NCBI GenBank assembly: GCA_963719035.1
Contig: CAVRAO010000006.1
Span: 96,001 to 160,000, forward strand
Reading direction: 5' to 3'
DNA length: 64,000 bases
Origin: Methanobacteriota archaeon
GTDB taxonomy: Archaea > Halobacteriota > Bog-38 > Methanoflorentales > Methanoflorentaceae
Shown here: positions 40,248-50,141 of the stretch, piece after piece
Layout of the letters: each line of letters starts with the position of its first letter
Position numbering within the stretch: position 1 is the first letter of the stretch
The notes under the pieces: generated by a model
Database searches by the model: none
What the model was told of the DNA's origin: nothing
What the model saw: the letters and a program-made list of their open reading frames with translations, nothing else
Position numbers and translations under genes: made by a program

Positions 40248-40595
40248 TTCGCTCCTCGTTTGATTTCGATTGATATAAAAGGTCTGATTGTCGCCTACTA
40301 GTGGTTTGTCGGGGGCAGCTAGCTGCTTCAAGCATTACTTGTGAGCGACAGGTAATACAATTCTTCTGTTTTGCTGGATGGCGGTGTCGGAGAGTTCCCA
40401 AGAAGTCCCAGTTAGGAGAGAGCCCCGCTTAATATGCTGCGTGCCTTTGGTAATGCGTTGCTTCAAAAGATAATCTCGCTAAGACCAATTAGATACTGCA
40501 CGGCTGGCTGCCCTCGACTGTCGATGGGAAGCTTAAGAATTAATAGCAAAACATGAGCATAGCATAACATCGAATTAAATCGTCATTGAACCTCC

Positions 40596-41561
40596 ATGTC
40601 AGCGCAAGATCGAGTGCCATTAGTTAGCGTATTTATGAAATCATACGAGCACGAGCAGTTTATCGCTGAAGCAATTGAAAGCGTCTTACAGCAAGATTTT
40701 ACGGATCTCGAGCTGATTATTGTAGATGATGCCTCTACAGACGCGTCAAAACAAATTATCGAACGCTATGCTGAGCAGGACCCCCGAATTCGGGTGATAT
40801 TTCACGAGATTAATCTAGGCATTACGAAAGTCGTAAACGACGGCATTGACGCGGCACGCGGAAAATTCATTGCCCAAATAGACTCTGATGATGTCTGGGT
40901 GAAAGACAAGCTGCGAAAGCAACTTGCCGTTCTTGAATGCAATGAGGATTTAATCGTCTGGTCAGAAGGAGCGCTCATTGATCAAAGTGGACGACTCGTA
41001 GGCAAGACCTTTAGTGAGATGTCCTCTAGCGTGCAAAGGAAGAAAGGCGGAGATATCTTTCAAGAACTTTTGATAGGGCCATACATTTTTGGCACGTCCT
41101 TGCTTTACAAAAGGCAGAACTTAGGCGACCTGCGATATGACGAATGCTTATCATATTTGAACGACTACAAATTCGAACTCGAATTGGCACGCAAATATCA
41201 GTTTTATTACGTAGCCGAACCGCTCGCAAAATATCGAATACATGGGCAAAACACGCTAGTAGGTTCAGGTCCACACGCCAAAGAAAGACGACGCAGAGGC
41301 GTTGCCGAAGAAATATCAGTTCGTCAAGAAGCGTTACGGCAGTATAATCATGAAGTACCGGATACCGTCATGGCCAAGATCTGCGCTAGCAGCGGGTTCT
41401 GTTACAGTAAGTTAGGCGCACATAGAACGGCACTACGCTCTTTTTTGCGTGCGATCCGACGTAATCCGTACAACTGGAAAAATCTTGTCTATTCAGCCAT
41501 AATTCTCGCGCTAGGACTCCAAACGCTGCTCGATGCTCGAATCCGCGAAGAGAAGAAATGA
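40596..41561 (+). CDS. Glycosyltransferase family 2
   Basis: IESVL.Q, VDDASTD, DSDD, YRIH. Confidence 0.92.
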   Translation: MSAQDRVPLVSVFMKSYEHEQFIAEAIESVLQQDFTDLELIIVDDASTDASKQIIERYAEQDPRIRVIFHEINLGITKVVNDGIDAARGKFIAQIDSDDVWVKDKLRKQLAVLECNEDLIVWSEGALIDQSGRLVGKTFSEMSSSVQRKKGGDIFQELLIGPYIFGTSLLYKRQNLGDLRYDECLSYLNDYKFELELARKYQFYYVAEPLAKYRIHGQNTLVGSGPHAKERRRRGVAEEISVRQEALRQYNHEVPDTVMAKICASSGFCYSKLGAHRTALRSFLRAIRRNPYNWKNLVYSAIILALGLQTLLDARIREEKK

Positions 41562-41753
41562 GCCGCAAAGCTTGTCTCATCTAGCGGTTGCTTCGATGCC
41601 ACGACGCAAAAAAACGGTTTTCGACATCAAGCATCTGTGAAAAGTCTCAACTGACACTGGTCTTTATAGCATTCGTGACTGATAAGGAACAAAAGAACGT
41701 TACATGTTATCGAAGTCCACGTTAAACTCTCGCTGTTGTCATCCTATGAGAAT

Positions 41754-42981
41754 ATGAACCCAGAAGTGACCATTATCACGCTAAATTGGAACGGATGGCT
41801 TGATACCTTAGAGTGTTTAGAGTCTTTATTTCACATCGATTATGACAACTATCGTGTCATTCTTGTGGATAACGCTTCCACCGATGATTCGCTAGTCAAG
41901 ATAGATGCCCACTGCACGAACGAGCTTAAGTTCGCGTCTTATTTGTCTGAGCACTTGGTCAGAAATAAGCCAATAAAAGCCGTGTATTACACCAAAGTGG
42001 AAACAGAACTGGCAGATCGCAGCGAAGCAGCTGCACAACAAGTAGACCTTGCGCTCACCGTAATACAGAACGATAAAAACTACGGTTTTGCCGAGGGTAC
42101 TAACATTGGCGTTGCATATGCCTTGAATGCCTTTGATCCAGATTACATCTTGGTACTTAACAATGATACCATTGTTGACCAGCATTTTTTACGTGCTCTA
42201 GTTGACGCCGCTGAGAACGATGAGCAAATAGGACTGCTCCAACCTAAGATCCTACGCTATGCTGACGCACTGATCGATAACACCGGGAGCTTATGTGATC
42301 GCTTAGCGTATTGCAAGCCCCGAGGCCTTGGTGAGATTGATGCAGGCCAGTACGATCGCGACCTGAAAGATAATTTTTTTTACGTAACCGGCGCCTGTAT
42401 GCTTATTAGAAAAAGCGTGCTTTCAGCATTGTCAGGCGAGTGCTTCGATCCATATTTATTCGCGTACTATGAAGACGTAGATCTGTCGTGGATGGTGCGA
42501 CTGCTTGGATTTAAAGTCGGCTACTGTCCGGATTCCGTGTGCTACCACAAAGGGAGTGCGACTTTCGGCGACAACAGCCCCTTCATCGCATATTTAAGCG
42601 ACAGAAACAGGCTGAGGGTGTTGATCAAAAACTATGCGCTAATATCGCTTTTTTTTGTCTTGCCTTTAACCATCGTGTTGAAGTCCGCGGCGCTCGCCGC
42701 GGAATGCATAATCGGCATTGATCTCCGCTACATAGCGAGCTTCGTCAAGGCGCTCGCCTGGAACACTTTACAGCTTCGAAATACGCTTGCATTAAGAAGG
42801 AAGACTCCAATCGAAGCGCAAAGTGTCTGATAACGACATGGTGCAGCATATGAGTTCCATTCTCTTTCAATCCGCACGCAGAGCTTTTAGAACGGTGGCG
42901 GCATCAACGAGTTTAAGCTACCTTAACAAATGCTTGCCTCGTAGAAATCGGCTATTAGCTAGAAAAAAACATCGGGGCTAA
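41754..42981 (+). CDS. Glycosyltransferase family 2 (rhamnosyltransferase-like); probable frameshift near 42800
   Basis: LNWN, VDNASTD, N.GFA.G.N, LNNDT, TGAC, YYEDVD; shifted frame continues LQSKRKVSD to 42981. Confidence 0.85.
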
Positions 42982-43060
42982 TCAAATGGTGCTCCAAGAA
43001 TTGTTGCTTTCCGCGTAACCAAGGGGGTAAGCACAATCTTCATCACAACGCGCAGTTCTG

Positions 43061-43921
43061 CTATACACAATCGATTCGATTCGATCCGACGCATTTTGCC
43101 AGCTGAATGAGGTCCTGCTTTGCTTCGCTCGATTTGAGGTGCCATAAGCTTTCGATAGCCTCATTGACTTTTGTTGCCGCGATTTCCCGAAGATATTCGT
43201 CTTGGGAACAATTGGTCTCGTCCAGATCGAGCATTATCGTTCGACTTTGTGCCCAATCAACAATGTCATCGCAAATTTGATATCCGACGCCGAGTGCGTG
43301 CCCATAAGTAGCGAGGGTTCTGACATCATCGGGAGTCCCTCCGCCTATTAGTGCCCCCACGGTCGCTGCGGCCTCAAAGAGGGATGCTGTCTTTTTTGAA
43401 ACCATCTTTTGGTACACGCGCGGGCGCACCTTTTTTGTACGATAAATGAACCGTTCAGTAAGCTCACCCTCGCACATAAGGGCAGTCGCTTTGGCCAGCG
43501 CGCTCGTGATCCGCGGATCCGCATAACGCGTAGTTATGCTTAAAATCATTGAGAGGATAAAATCAGCGCTTAAAAGCGCCATTTCTTGACCGTGGGCTGC
43601 GTGAAAAGCTTTGACATTGCGGCGTACGCCATCGCCGTCGATAATGTCATCGTGGATAAGCGACTCCATATGCGCAAGTTCTACCGCGACGGCAGCAGGA
43701 AGAGGGTCACCAGCTCGTCCTCCCACTCTATCATAAGCGATGAGGACGATGATCGGCCGCAGGCGCTTGCCTCCAGCGAACGCATCTACAAAAGCAGCAA
43801 AGAAAGGGGAACCCTCCCGCTGACGCAGCTCTTTGTGCAGTGCGAGGTCTACTTGGACACGGTAAAAATCAATTCTCGTTGAAAAGCTGTCTAAAGGAGT
43901 GTTCCGCGGACTTCTCTGCAT
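43061..43921 (-). CDS. Polyprenyl (geranylgeranyl) diphosphate synthase family
   Basis: GGKRLRP, LIHDDIID..RR, KTASLF, QICDDIVD. Confidence 0.9.
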   Translation of the reverse strand: MQRSPRNTPLDSFSTRIDFYRVQVDLALHKELRQREGSPFFAAFVDAFAGGKRLRPIIVLIAYDRVGGRAGDPLPAAVAVELAHMESLIHDDIIDGDGVRRNVKAFHAAHGQEMALLSADFILSMILSITTRYADPRITSALAKATALMCEGELTERFIYRTKKVRPRVYQKMVSKKTASLFEAAATVGALIGGGTPDDVRTLATYGHALGVGYQICDDIVDWAQSRTIMLDLDETNCSQDEYLREIAATKVNEAIESLWHLKSSEAKQDLIQLAKCVGSNRIDCV

Positions 43922-44066
43922 CTGTTTGCCTCATGTGATGTGTTAGATCGTAAATAACCTAGCATTATCGATGTACAACGCGAGCCGATTGCAAAAGACT
44001 GTCTGCGACTCTCTGGCACATCGAAACACAACGCTTTCATCGATGAGAGAAAAATAGGGAGGCTAT

Positions 44067-44480
44067 ATGGCGATTGACATACGGATGTTAGCGACAGCAA
44101 ACCTCGTTGTACAGCTCGCCCTTATCGGTTTTGTCTTTGGCGCGGTGTATCTTGCGCGCAGGGGGAGAGTCATTCGACATTGCACCATCGTACGAGGTGC
44201 CGTCATCGCCCAAATCATTGCGATATTAGCGATAATGCTGCCCTCGCTGCTCGGATACGTCGAAAACGTTCCGCTGATTCCCTTCCTGTACCCCGAGCTC
44301 CTCACGCATCACATTTTGGGGCTCGTGCTGATCGGAATCTTTGTGCATATTAACCTCGAAGTCGGGCGCGTAGTCCGCCCTGTTGTCAAACGCAAAAGCG
44401 TGATGCGCCTTGCTCTTGGTATATGGCTTGTCGCCCTCGCCCTAGGCATCAATATTTTTCTCACCATCTACTACGCCTAA
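44067..44480 (+). CDS. 4-TM membrane protein with conserved His (DUF420-like)
   Basis: Four hydrophobic segments, His in TM2 and TM3. Confidence 0.65.
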   Translation: MAIDIRMLATANLVVQLALIGFVFGAVYLARRGRVIRHCTIVRGAVIAQIIAILAIMLPSLLGYVENVPLIPFLYPELLTHHILGLVLIGIFVHINLEVGRVVRPVVKRKSVMRLALGIWLVALALGINIFLTIYYA

Positions 44481-44540
44481 CGCGTACGATCTCGAATGCA
44501 GTTCGGCCCCAATTCTGAGCTGGAGCTTAAAAAGGACTCG

Positions 44541-45049
44541 ATGCTAGACGAACTCATCCCTTCTTTGACGCGCACGCCGCTATCGCAGCGCTTATCACTT
44601 TCGATTGACGCGCTTGTTAGCAGTGGCCCTTATCCAACGAGCAAGATGCAGAAAGGACCAGTGCTTTTGTGCGGATCTACCGATTTGTCCAGAGAGGGCG
44701 TTGGGTTAGGAGTGCCCATAGCGAAGTTCGCGCATCGTGTCTTTTTCCCTGGGGAAGCGCGCATCATCGAGCGACTAACAGACGATCAACTACGCACTGA
44801 TGGTGGACTACGAGCTCAACCTCGAAGAGCGCCTGACGTTGAAAAGTGGCAAGAAGATACGGAGCGAGAACTTCTATGCACTTAAGGAGTGGTTTGCGGG
44901 CCTCCGATTTCTCAGAGACCAAGATGAAGTTCGCCATTGTAAAGGGCCAGATCACGTTCTTGCTGAAAAAAAAGCTCGGAAAACCCGCAGACGCAGTAGT
45001 CAGACCATTTGAGGCAGTAACAGACTTCATATTCCGATCCGTGAATTGA
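44541..45049 (+). pseudogene. Fragmented hypothetical protein
   Basis: YPTSKMQKG...EGVGLGVP segment continues in another frame (VDYELNLEER...) after ~44795. Confidence 0.4.
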
Positions 45050-45212
45050 CCTTAAATGCAGATAATACTGTCAACGCTAGAACGAACTGGGGGAAACAGC
45101 GGAAGCTCACTCGTGCAGTTTCCACGCTAGCAGAACGATCTTGATGAAGCTTACAATACCACTTGCAATGGATCCAAGTTTCTGTCTTTCAACACTGAAA
45201 AAAAAACGCGTA

Positions 45213-45758
45213 TCACCTGAATTTAAACGAAGAGATCATCTGTTGAACCGTCGCGTTCTGCTCGTTATATTGCGTTTCTCTTCCACTGTATTGAATCTTG
45301 TAAACATAGTCGCCTTTGATAGCGTAGATTGTCAACGCTTTAACAGTCTCGTTACCATATTTGAACTTAACAACAGTTGTGTAAGCCGGCAAGCCTCCGA
45401 GAGAAGCAGAATGGTTTTCGAGCAAACTAACGTTGCCTTTCACAATGGCGCTTATAAATTCTTGCGCAAGGCTCTGAGGCGTTTGTCCAGTTTTGTTGAG
45501 CGCCCCACGTTGGATTTGGAATAGAAGGGTTTCGTACTCGATTGTTGCAATGGTGCCAACTGCAGGGCCCCCTGTCAATTGCCAATCGCTAGGGTAGTTT
45601 ATTTCCACCCCTGCATTTTTATTTGTATATAACAAGAAATTGTCTGGAACCCCAGATTGTGTTGCTTGGTTGGACGTGCAACCGGCACTACTAACCGCTA
45701 TCACAGCTATCAAAATGATAATAATAGTCCAGTGCATTCGCGTATGGGCCCCCATCAT
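45213..45758 (-). CDS. PsbP/DcrB-like lipoprotein
   Basis: Lipobox SAGC; Y.N...G..I.YP.DW, LGG.PAY, QQMISSF; start after GGAGGGG SD. Confidence 0.8.
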   Translation of the reverse strand: MMGAHTRMHWTIIIILIAVIAVSSAGCTSNQATQSGVPDNFLLYTNKNAGVEINYPSDWQLTGGPAVGTIATIEYETLLFQIQRGALNKTGQTPQSLAQEFISAIVKGNVSLLENHSASLGGLPAYTTVVKFKYGNETVKALTIYAIKGDYVYKIQYSGRETQYNEQNATVQQMISSFKFR

Positions 45759-45954
45759 CCCCTCCATCAGTGTGAAACGCTCCTCGGTCTTATATCTTGT
45801 TGTTCTCACCCGACAGTCGCTATGCATAGGAGATCGGCACAAAACAGTCGCGAGCAAAAATCGAGAGTTGCTCTCGAACTGGTTTGACCGATACAACAGC
45901 CTCTTATTCAATTCATAATTTCTTGAGTTGACAAAAAGGTATGATCAAAGCAGT

Positions 45955-46626
45955 CTACGGCTTTCTCATTGCTATCAACATGCTATGCCTTTTTTGAACT
46001 GCGCCGTTATATTGTTTTTTTATGACTTTTTCATCCACGTTAAGCATAAAAAATCCTGCTAAATGAAAAAGTTCGCGAAGCTCAGAGGAGGAGAAGTGAT
46101 GATTTGGGATTTTCCCCCGGACAAAAGTATCGGCAGCAATCCGCTTTCCGCAGTTATGGCGCATATCAAGCCTTCCTGTTACTTCGGCAAACGCCATACC
46201 TTGATGCTTCAAAACTCGAAATAGTTCAGCGACGGCCTTCTCCTGCCCAGTCCGTGCAAGATGTTGGAGCACTCCGTAGCACGTAACCGCATCGAAACTA
46301 CGATCTGGGAATGGAAGCTGCTGGATATCTGCAACAACCCGCACGTAATGAGAATCGAGCAATGTCAAAGCTTGCCGCGACAGGTCAGCCCCAACTACGC
46401 TAAATCCGTTCCTAGCAAGTGGCACAAGATACCTGCCAACGCCGCAGCCAACGTCGAGAACACAAGCTCCTGGCGCAACCCGTTGGGTTATCGGAGTGAG
46501 ATCATAGGGGCCTTTCCATAAAGCGGGCCTTAACGCGTACTCCTCATCCCAGATCCTCCGCACGGTTTCAAGGGGTAAGCTTATCTCGTCTTCAGACACT
46601 GATGCAACCGACCCCTTCATTTCCAC
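45955..46626 (-). CDS. Class I SAM-dependent methyltransferase (true start may be downstream of 46626)
   Basis: VLDVGCG.G, D...LPFPD.SFD, VLQH, RVLK..G. Confidence 0.88.
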   Translation of the reverse strand: MEMKGSVASVSEDEISLPLETVRRIWDEEYALRPALWKGPYDLTPITQRVAPGACVLDVGCGVGRYLVPLARNGFSVVGADLSRQALTLLDSHYVRVVADIQQLPFPDRSFDAVTCYGVLQHLARTGQEKAVAELFRVLKHQGMAFAEVTGRLDMRHNCGKRIAADTFVRGKIPNHHFSSSELRELFHLAGFFMLNVDEKVIKKQYNGAVQKRHSMLIAMRKP

Positions 46627-46633
46627 TGGAAGT
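46611..46633 (-). promoter_or_regulatory. Origin recognition box (ORB)-like element
   Basis: Minus strand ACTTCCAGTGGAAATGAAGGGGT matches the archaeal ORB consensus TTCCAGTGGAAAnnAAGGGG including the G-string. Confidence 0.7.
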
Positions 46634-46740
46634 TGCTAACACACTTAGAAACGTTCTTCAGAGCGTTATTTTTGATTTTAATCGCGATAAATAAGGATTC
46701 GGATTACAAATATATAAGTGTTAATGCATTACCACTGTAG

Positions 46741-48051
46741 ATGCTCGCAGTTATGACGATCGCAGGATCGGACTCTGGCGGTGGCGCCGGAATCCAAGCC
46801 GATGTGCGCACCTTTGCTGCTCTCGGCGTGTATGGAACCTCAGTCATAACAGCGATTACCGCACAAAACACTCTCGGCGTCGTTAATGCATTCAATTTAC
46901 CTCCTGAAGTTGTCGTTGCGCAAATGAATGCGGTTTTGTCCGACATCGACATTCGATGCGTAAAAACGGGTATGCTCCCGACTGTCGAAACTGCAGAAGC
47001 CGTCGTTGATGTGCTTTCGCGGCGCGATATTCCGATCGTAGTTGATCCCGTCATAGAGGCCGAAGCTGGGGGGAAACTGATGGCAGGGGGGCCAAAAGAC
47101 ATCCTTGCGCAACTTTTGCCTAATGCAGCAGTCGTGACGCCGAACATTCGAGAGGCGGAGGCGATTTCAGGCATCGCCATACATAGCTTCGACGATATGA
47201 AGCGCGCCGCGTGTGAAATCTTTGCCCTCGGCCCGAAATCAGTTGTTGTTACCGGAGGCCATTTGAGTGGAACGGACGTTTTGTACGATGGCGATTTTAA
47301 ACTGCTCCGCGGCACGTTGATCAAGGCGGGAACCCACGGGGCAGGATGCACTTTCTCAGCGGCAGCAGCCGCCTTTCTCGCTAAAGGACATTCAGTAAGC
47401 CAAAGCGCATTGATGGCTAAGGCGTTTGTCATCGAAGCAATCAAAAACAGCGAAAGTGTTGGGTCAGGGTCCGGAGTGGTAAACCAAGTTGCAGCAACGT
47501 TAGATGCGGCCGAACGTTATCTCACGTTGCTCGATGTAGATGCGGGGCTCCGCACCATCAAGACTATAAACTCGAACCTTATACCTGAGGTCGGCAGCAA
47601 CTTAGCGATGGCAATTTCGCGCGCTAAGAGGGTAGCAGATGTTGCTGCAGTGAAGGGACGAATTGTGAAAATCAGAGGGACAATTAAACCTGTTGGGTGT
47701 GTGGCATTTGGAGCAAGCCGCAATATGGCACGAGTGGTCCTGACTGCTTTGCAGTACGACCCCGCTACAAAGAGCGCCATGAACGTGCGACGTTCAGACG
47801 AAGTTGTCGAAGCCTGCCAAGAACTCAACCTCGTAGCGGAAGACTTCGATAGAGCGGAAGAACCTAGGAGAGAAGTCGAAGGGCGGGGAACCGCACGCGC
47901 AATAGAACGTAGCATGAAACACGGCACGGGCGTCCCCGACGTCATATTCGGCCTTAGTAGTATAGCGAAGGAACCGACGGCGTATATACTGGGTCATTCA
48001 GCGCAGAACGTAGCCGAGAAAGTTGCTAAAATTTCATCGACGATAAGATAA
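46741..48051 (+). CDS. thiD: Bifunctional HMP(-P) kinase / thiamine-phosphate synthase ThiDN
   Basis: [31 protein letters not shown]; C-terminal ThiN IPEVGSN, FGAS. Confidence 0.93.
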   Translation: MLAVMTIAGSDSGGGAGIQADVRTFAALGVYGTSVITAITAQNTLGVVNAFNLPPEVVVAQMNAVLSDIDIRCVKTGMLPTVETAEAVVDVLSRRDIPIVVDPVIEAEAGGKLMAGGPKDILAQLLPNAAVVTPNIREAEAISGIAIHSFDDMKRAACEIFALGPKSVVVTGGHLSGTDVLYDGDFKLLRGTLIKAGTHGAGCTFSAAAAAFLAKGHSVSQSALMAKAFVIEAIKNSESVGSGSGVVNQVAATLDAAERYLTLLDVDAGLRTIKTINSNLIPEVGSNLAMAISRAKRVADVAAVKGRIVKIRGTIKPVGCVAFGASRNMARVVLTALQYDPATKSAMNVRRSDEVVEACQELNLVAEDFDRAEEPRREVEGRGTARAIERSMKHGTGVPDVIFGLSSIAKEPTAYILGHSAQNVAEKVAKISSTIR

Positions 48052-48103
48052 TTAGCTAAAACGTATCTCAGCTTAAACAAGAAAAAGAAACGGAGGTGGT
48101 TTC

Positions 48104-48304
48104 ACGGGAAGCATCAGACCAACTTACATTAAAAGCGTATCAGCAGAGCTGCTCCGCGGACACGGCGAGATATTCAGCTCTGATTATGAAAAGAACAAGC
48201 TGCTCGTGTCGAAGTACACGAACATCGAAAGCAAGAATATTCGAAATCGGGTTGCCGGATATATTACGCATAGAGTAGAAATCGGCAACAGGAAAAAATC
48301 ATGA
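48104..48304 (+). CDS. rps17e: 30S ribosomal protein S17e (ACG at start position; missed by ORF track)
   Basis: xGSIRPTYIK....F..DYEKNK......SK.IRNRVAGYIT; GGAGGTG SD; in-frame TAA at 48074 excludes an upstream start. Confidence 0.93.
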   Translation, partial: TGSIRPTYIKSVSAELLRGHGEIFSSDYEKNKLLVSKYTNIESKNIRNRVAGYITHRVEIGNRKKS

Positions 48305-49176
48305 AATTCGAGGGCGTATATTGTGCTATGGTTACGCCATTTACGAACAAAGACGAAATCGACGTCGAAGGGATGCGTTCCAACATCGCATATCTTCAGA
48401 AGGAAGGCGTTGCAGGTTTGGTGCCTTGTGGTAGCACAGGCGAATCTTCCACGTTGACGTTCGATGAGCACAAGAAGCTAATTGATGTGACAGTTGACGC
48501 GGCAAGCGTTCCTGTAGTTGCTGGGACAGGATCCAACAGCACTTCAGAGGCAATTGAGCTGACACGCCACGCGCAAGATGCAGGCGCAGAAGCATCTCTA
48601 CAGATAGTCCCTTATTACAACAAACCGATGAAAAGCGGATTAATCAAACACTTTGGCGCTATCGCAGAAGCGTGCGATATTCCGCTCGTTTTATACAACA
48701 TTCCTGGTCGTACCGGGATTAATATGGATCCTGAAACGATCAGCACGCTTGCCCACGAGCACAACAACATAGCGGCGGTGAAAGAGGCAAGCGCGAACTT
48801 CAGCCAGATTTCAGACATTATAAAGCTTACCCAAGATCTCGATTTTTGCGTCATTTCAGGGGATGATGGACTCACCCTTCCTATGATGGCGCTAGGGGCT
48901 ACAGGGGTGATCTCTGTTACTGGAGATATCTTTCCGAAGCTGATGGGGCAACTAACACAGTTCTGCCTTGAAGGCAACTTTGAAAAAGCACGCGAGGTGC
49001 ATTATCGACTAGCCCCGCTTTTTAAAGCGCTCTTTATCGAGACAAATCCTATTCCAATCAAAAAAGCATGTGATTTGCTCGGACTTGCAGGCGGACCGCT
49101 CCGATTGCCCCTTACTTCGATGGCAGAACCCAACGTCGCGAAGCTCAAAGCGACGCTCGCGGCCTACAAAGACTGA
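48301..49176 (+). CDS. dapA: 4-hydroxy-tetrahydrodipicolinate synthase
   Basis: VTPF, GSTGE, PYYNKP, YNIPGRT, KEAS, NPIPIK. Confidence 0.96.
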   Translation: MKFEGVYCAMVTPFTNKDEIDVEGMRSNIAYLQKEGVAGLVPCGSTGESSTLTFDEHKKLIDVTVDAASVPVVAGTGSNSTSEAIELTRHAQDAGAEASLQIVPYYNKPMKSGLIKHFGAIAEACDIPLVLYNIPGRTGINMDPETISTLAHEHNNIAAVKEASANFSQISDIIKLTQDLDFCVISGDDGLTLPMMALGATGVISVTGDIFPKLMGQLTQFCLEGNFEKAREVHYRLAPLFKALFIETNPIPIKKACDLLGLAGGPLRLPLTSMAEPNVAKLKATLAAYKD

Positions 49177-49205
49177 GGGAAAACCGATTAGGATATGGTA
49201 GCTGT

Positions 49206-49937
49206 ATGACACCAAACGACAAGATAGCAGTTGCTGTGACCGGCGCTTGTGGCCGGATGGGACGGATGATTATCGACAACGTAACACAAGCGCCTGATAT
49301 GACACTCGTGGCCGCTTTTGACAAGCAGAGCTGTAACTCTGAGGTCATAGAAGCGTCAAAACTTGCTGAGACACTAAGAAGCGTAAGCCCCGACGTCTTG
49401 GTCGATTTCACCGTCGCTTCTTCATCGGTCGAAATCATCAAAACAGCCGCAAGCGCTGGAGTACGCCTCGTCGTCGGAACAACTGGATTCACTCCCGAAC
49501 AACGTGCAGAAGCGAAAAAGGTGATCGAAGGCCAAGTAGCAGCGATAATCTCCCCGAACTTTTCGATCGGCGTTAACGTGTTCTTTCAATTGGTTAAAAG
49601 TGCGTCAGAGAGTCTTCCAAGCGCAGCATACGCCGCTGAGCTCATTGAGGCACATCATAAACACAAAATCGATGCTCCGAGCGGGACGGCAGTGAAAGCA
49701 ATCGATATCATCAAAGAGGTCGATCGTTCGCGGTCGATAGGATCCTATTCTATACGCGCAGGGGATATCGTAGGCGATCATTCAGTGTTGTTCATCGGAG
49801 ATGGCGAACGGCTTGAGATTAGCCATCAGGCTCACAGCAGACAGGCATTTGCCAGCGGCGCGATGCTAGCTACTAGATTTATAGTGAAGCAGCCGCCGGG
49901 ATTATATTTAATGGATGATCTAATGGCTTCGATCTAA
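49206..49937 (+). CDS. dapB: 4-hydroxy-tetrahydrodipicolinate reductase
   Basis: GACGRMG, GTTG, PNFSIG, E.HH..K.DAPSGTA. Confidence 0.96.
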   Translation: MTPNDKIAVAVTGACGRMGRMIIDNVTQAPDMTLVAAFDKQSCNSEVIEASKLAETLRSVSPDVLVDFTVASSSVEIIKTAASAGVRLVVGTTGFTPEQRAEAKKVIEGQVAAIISPNFSIGVNVFFQLVKSASESLPSAAYAAELIEAHHKHKIDAPSGTAVKAIDIIKEVDRSRSIGSYSIRAGDIVGDHSVLFIGDGERLEISHQAHSRQAFASGAMLATRFIVKQPPGLYLMDDLMASI

Positions 49938-50141
49938 GATCAGGTAGAGCAGCGACCAGCACACGTTTTTTAAGACTCAGCGGTTGACATTGTTTTACCA
50001 CACAGAGCTAGGCGCTTAGAAATTGTTGTCGTCTTCCCCAACTAAACGTGCGAGGAATGCGCATAGACTTTCTTTGCTGCGAGTAATGATCGGGGGTTCA
50101 AAAAAACGGCTGCAAGCATATAACAGGAAACTGTTTATCGT

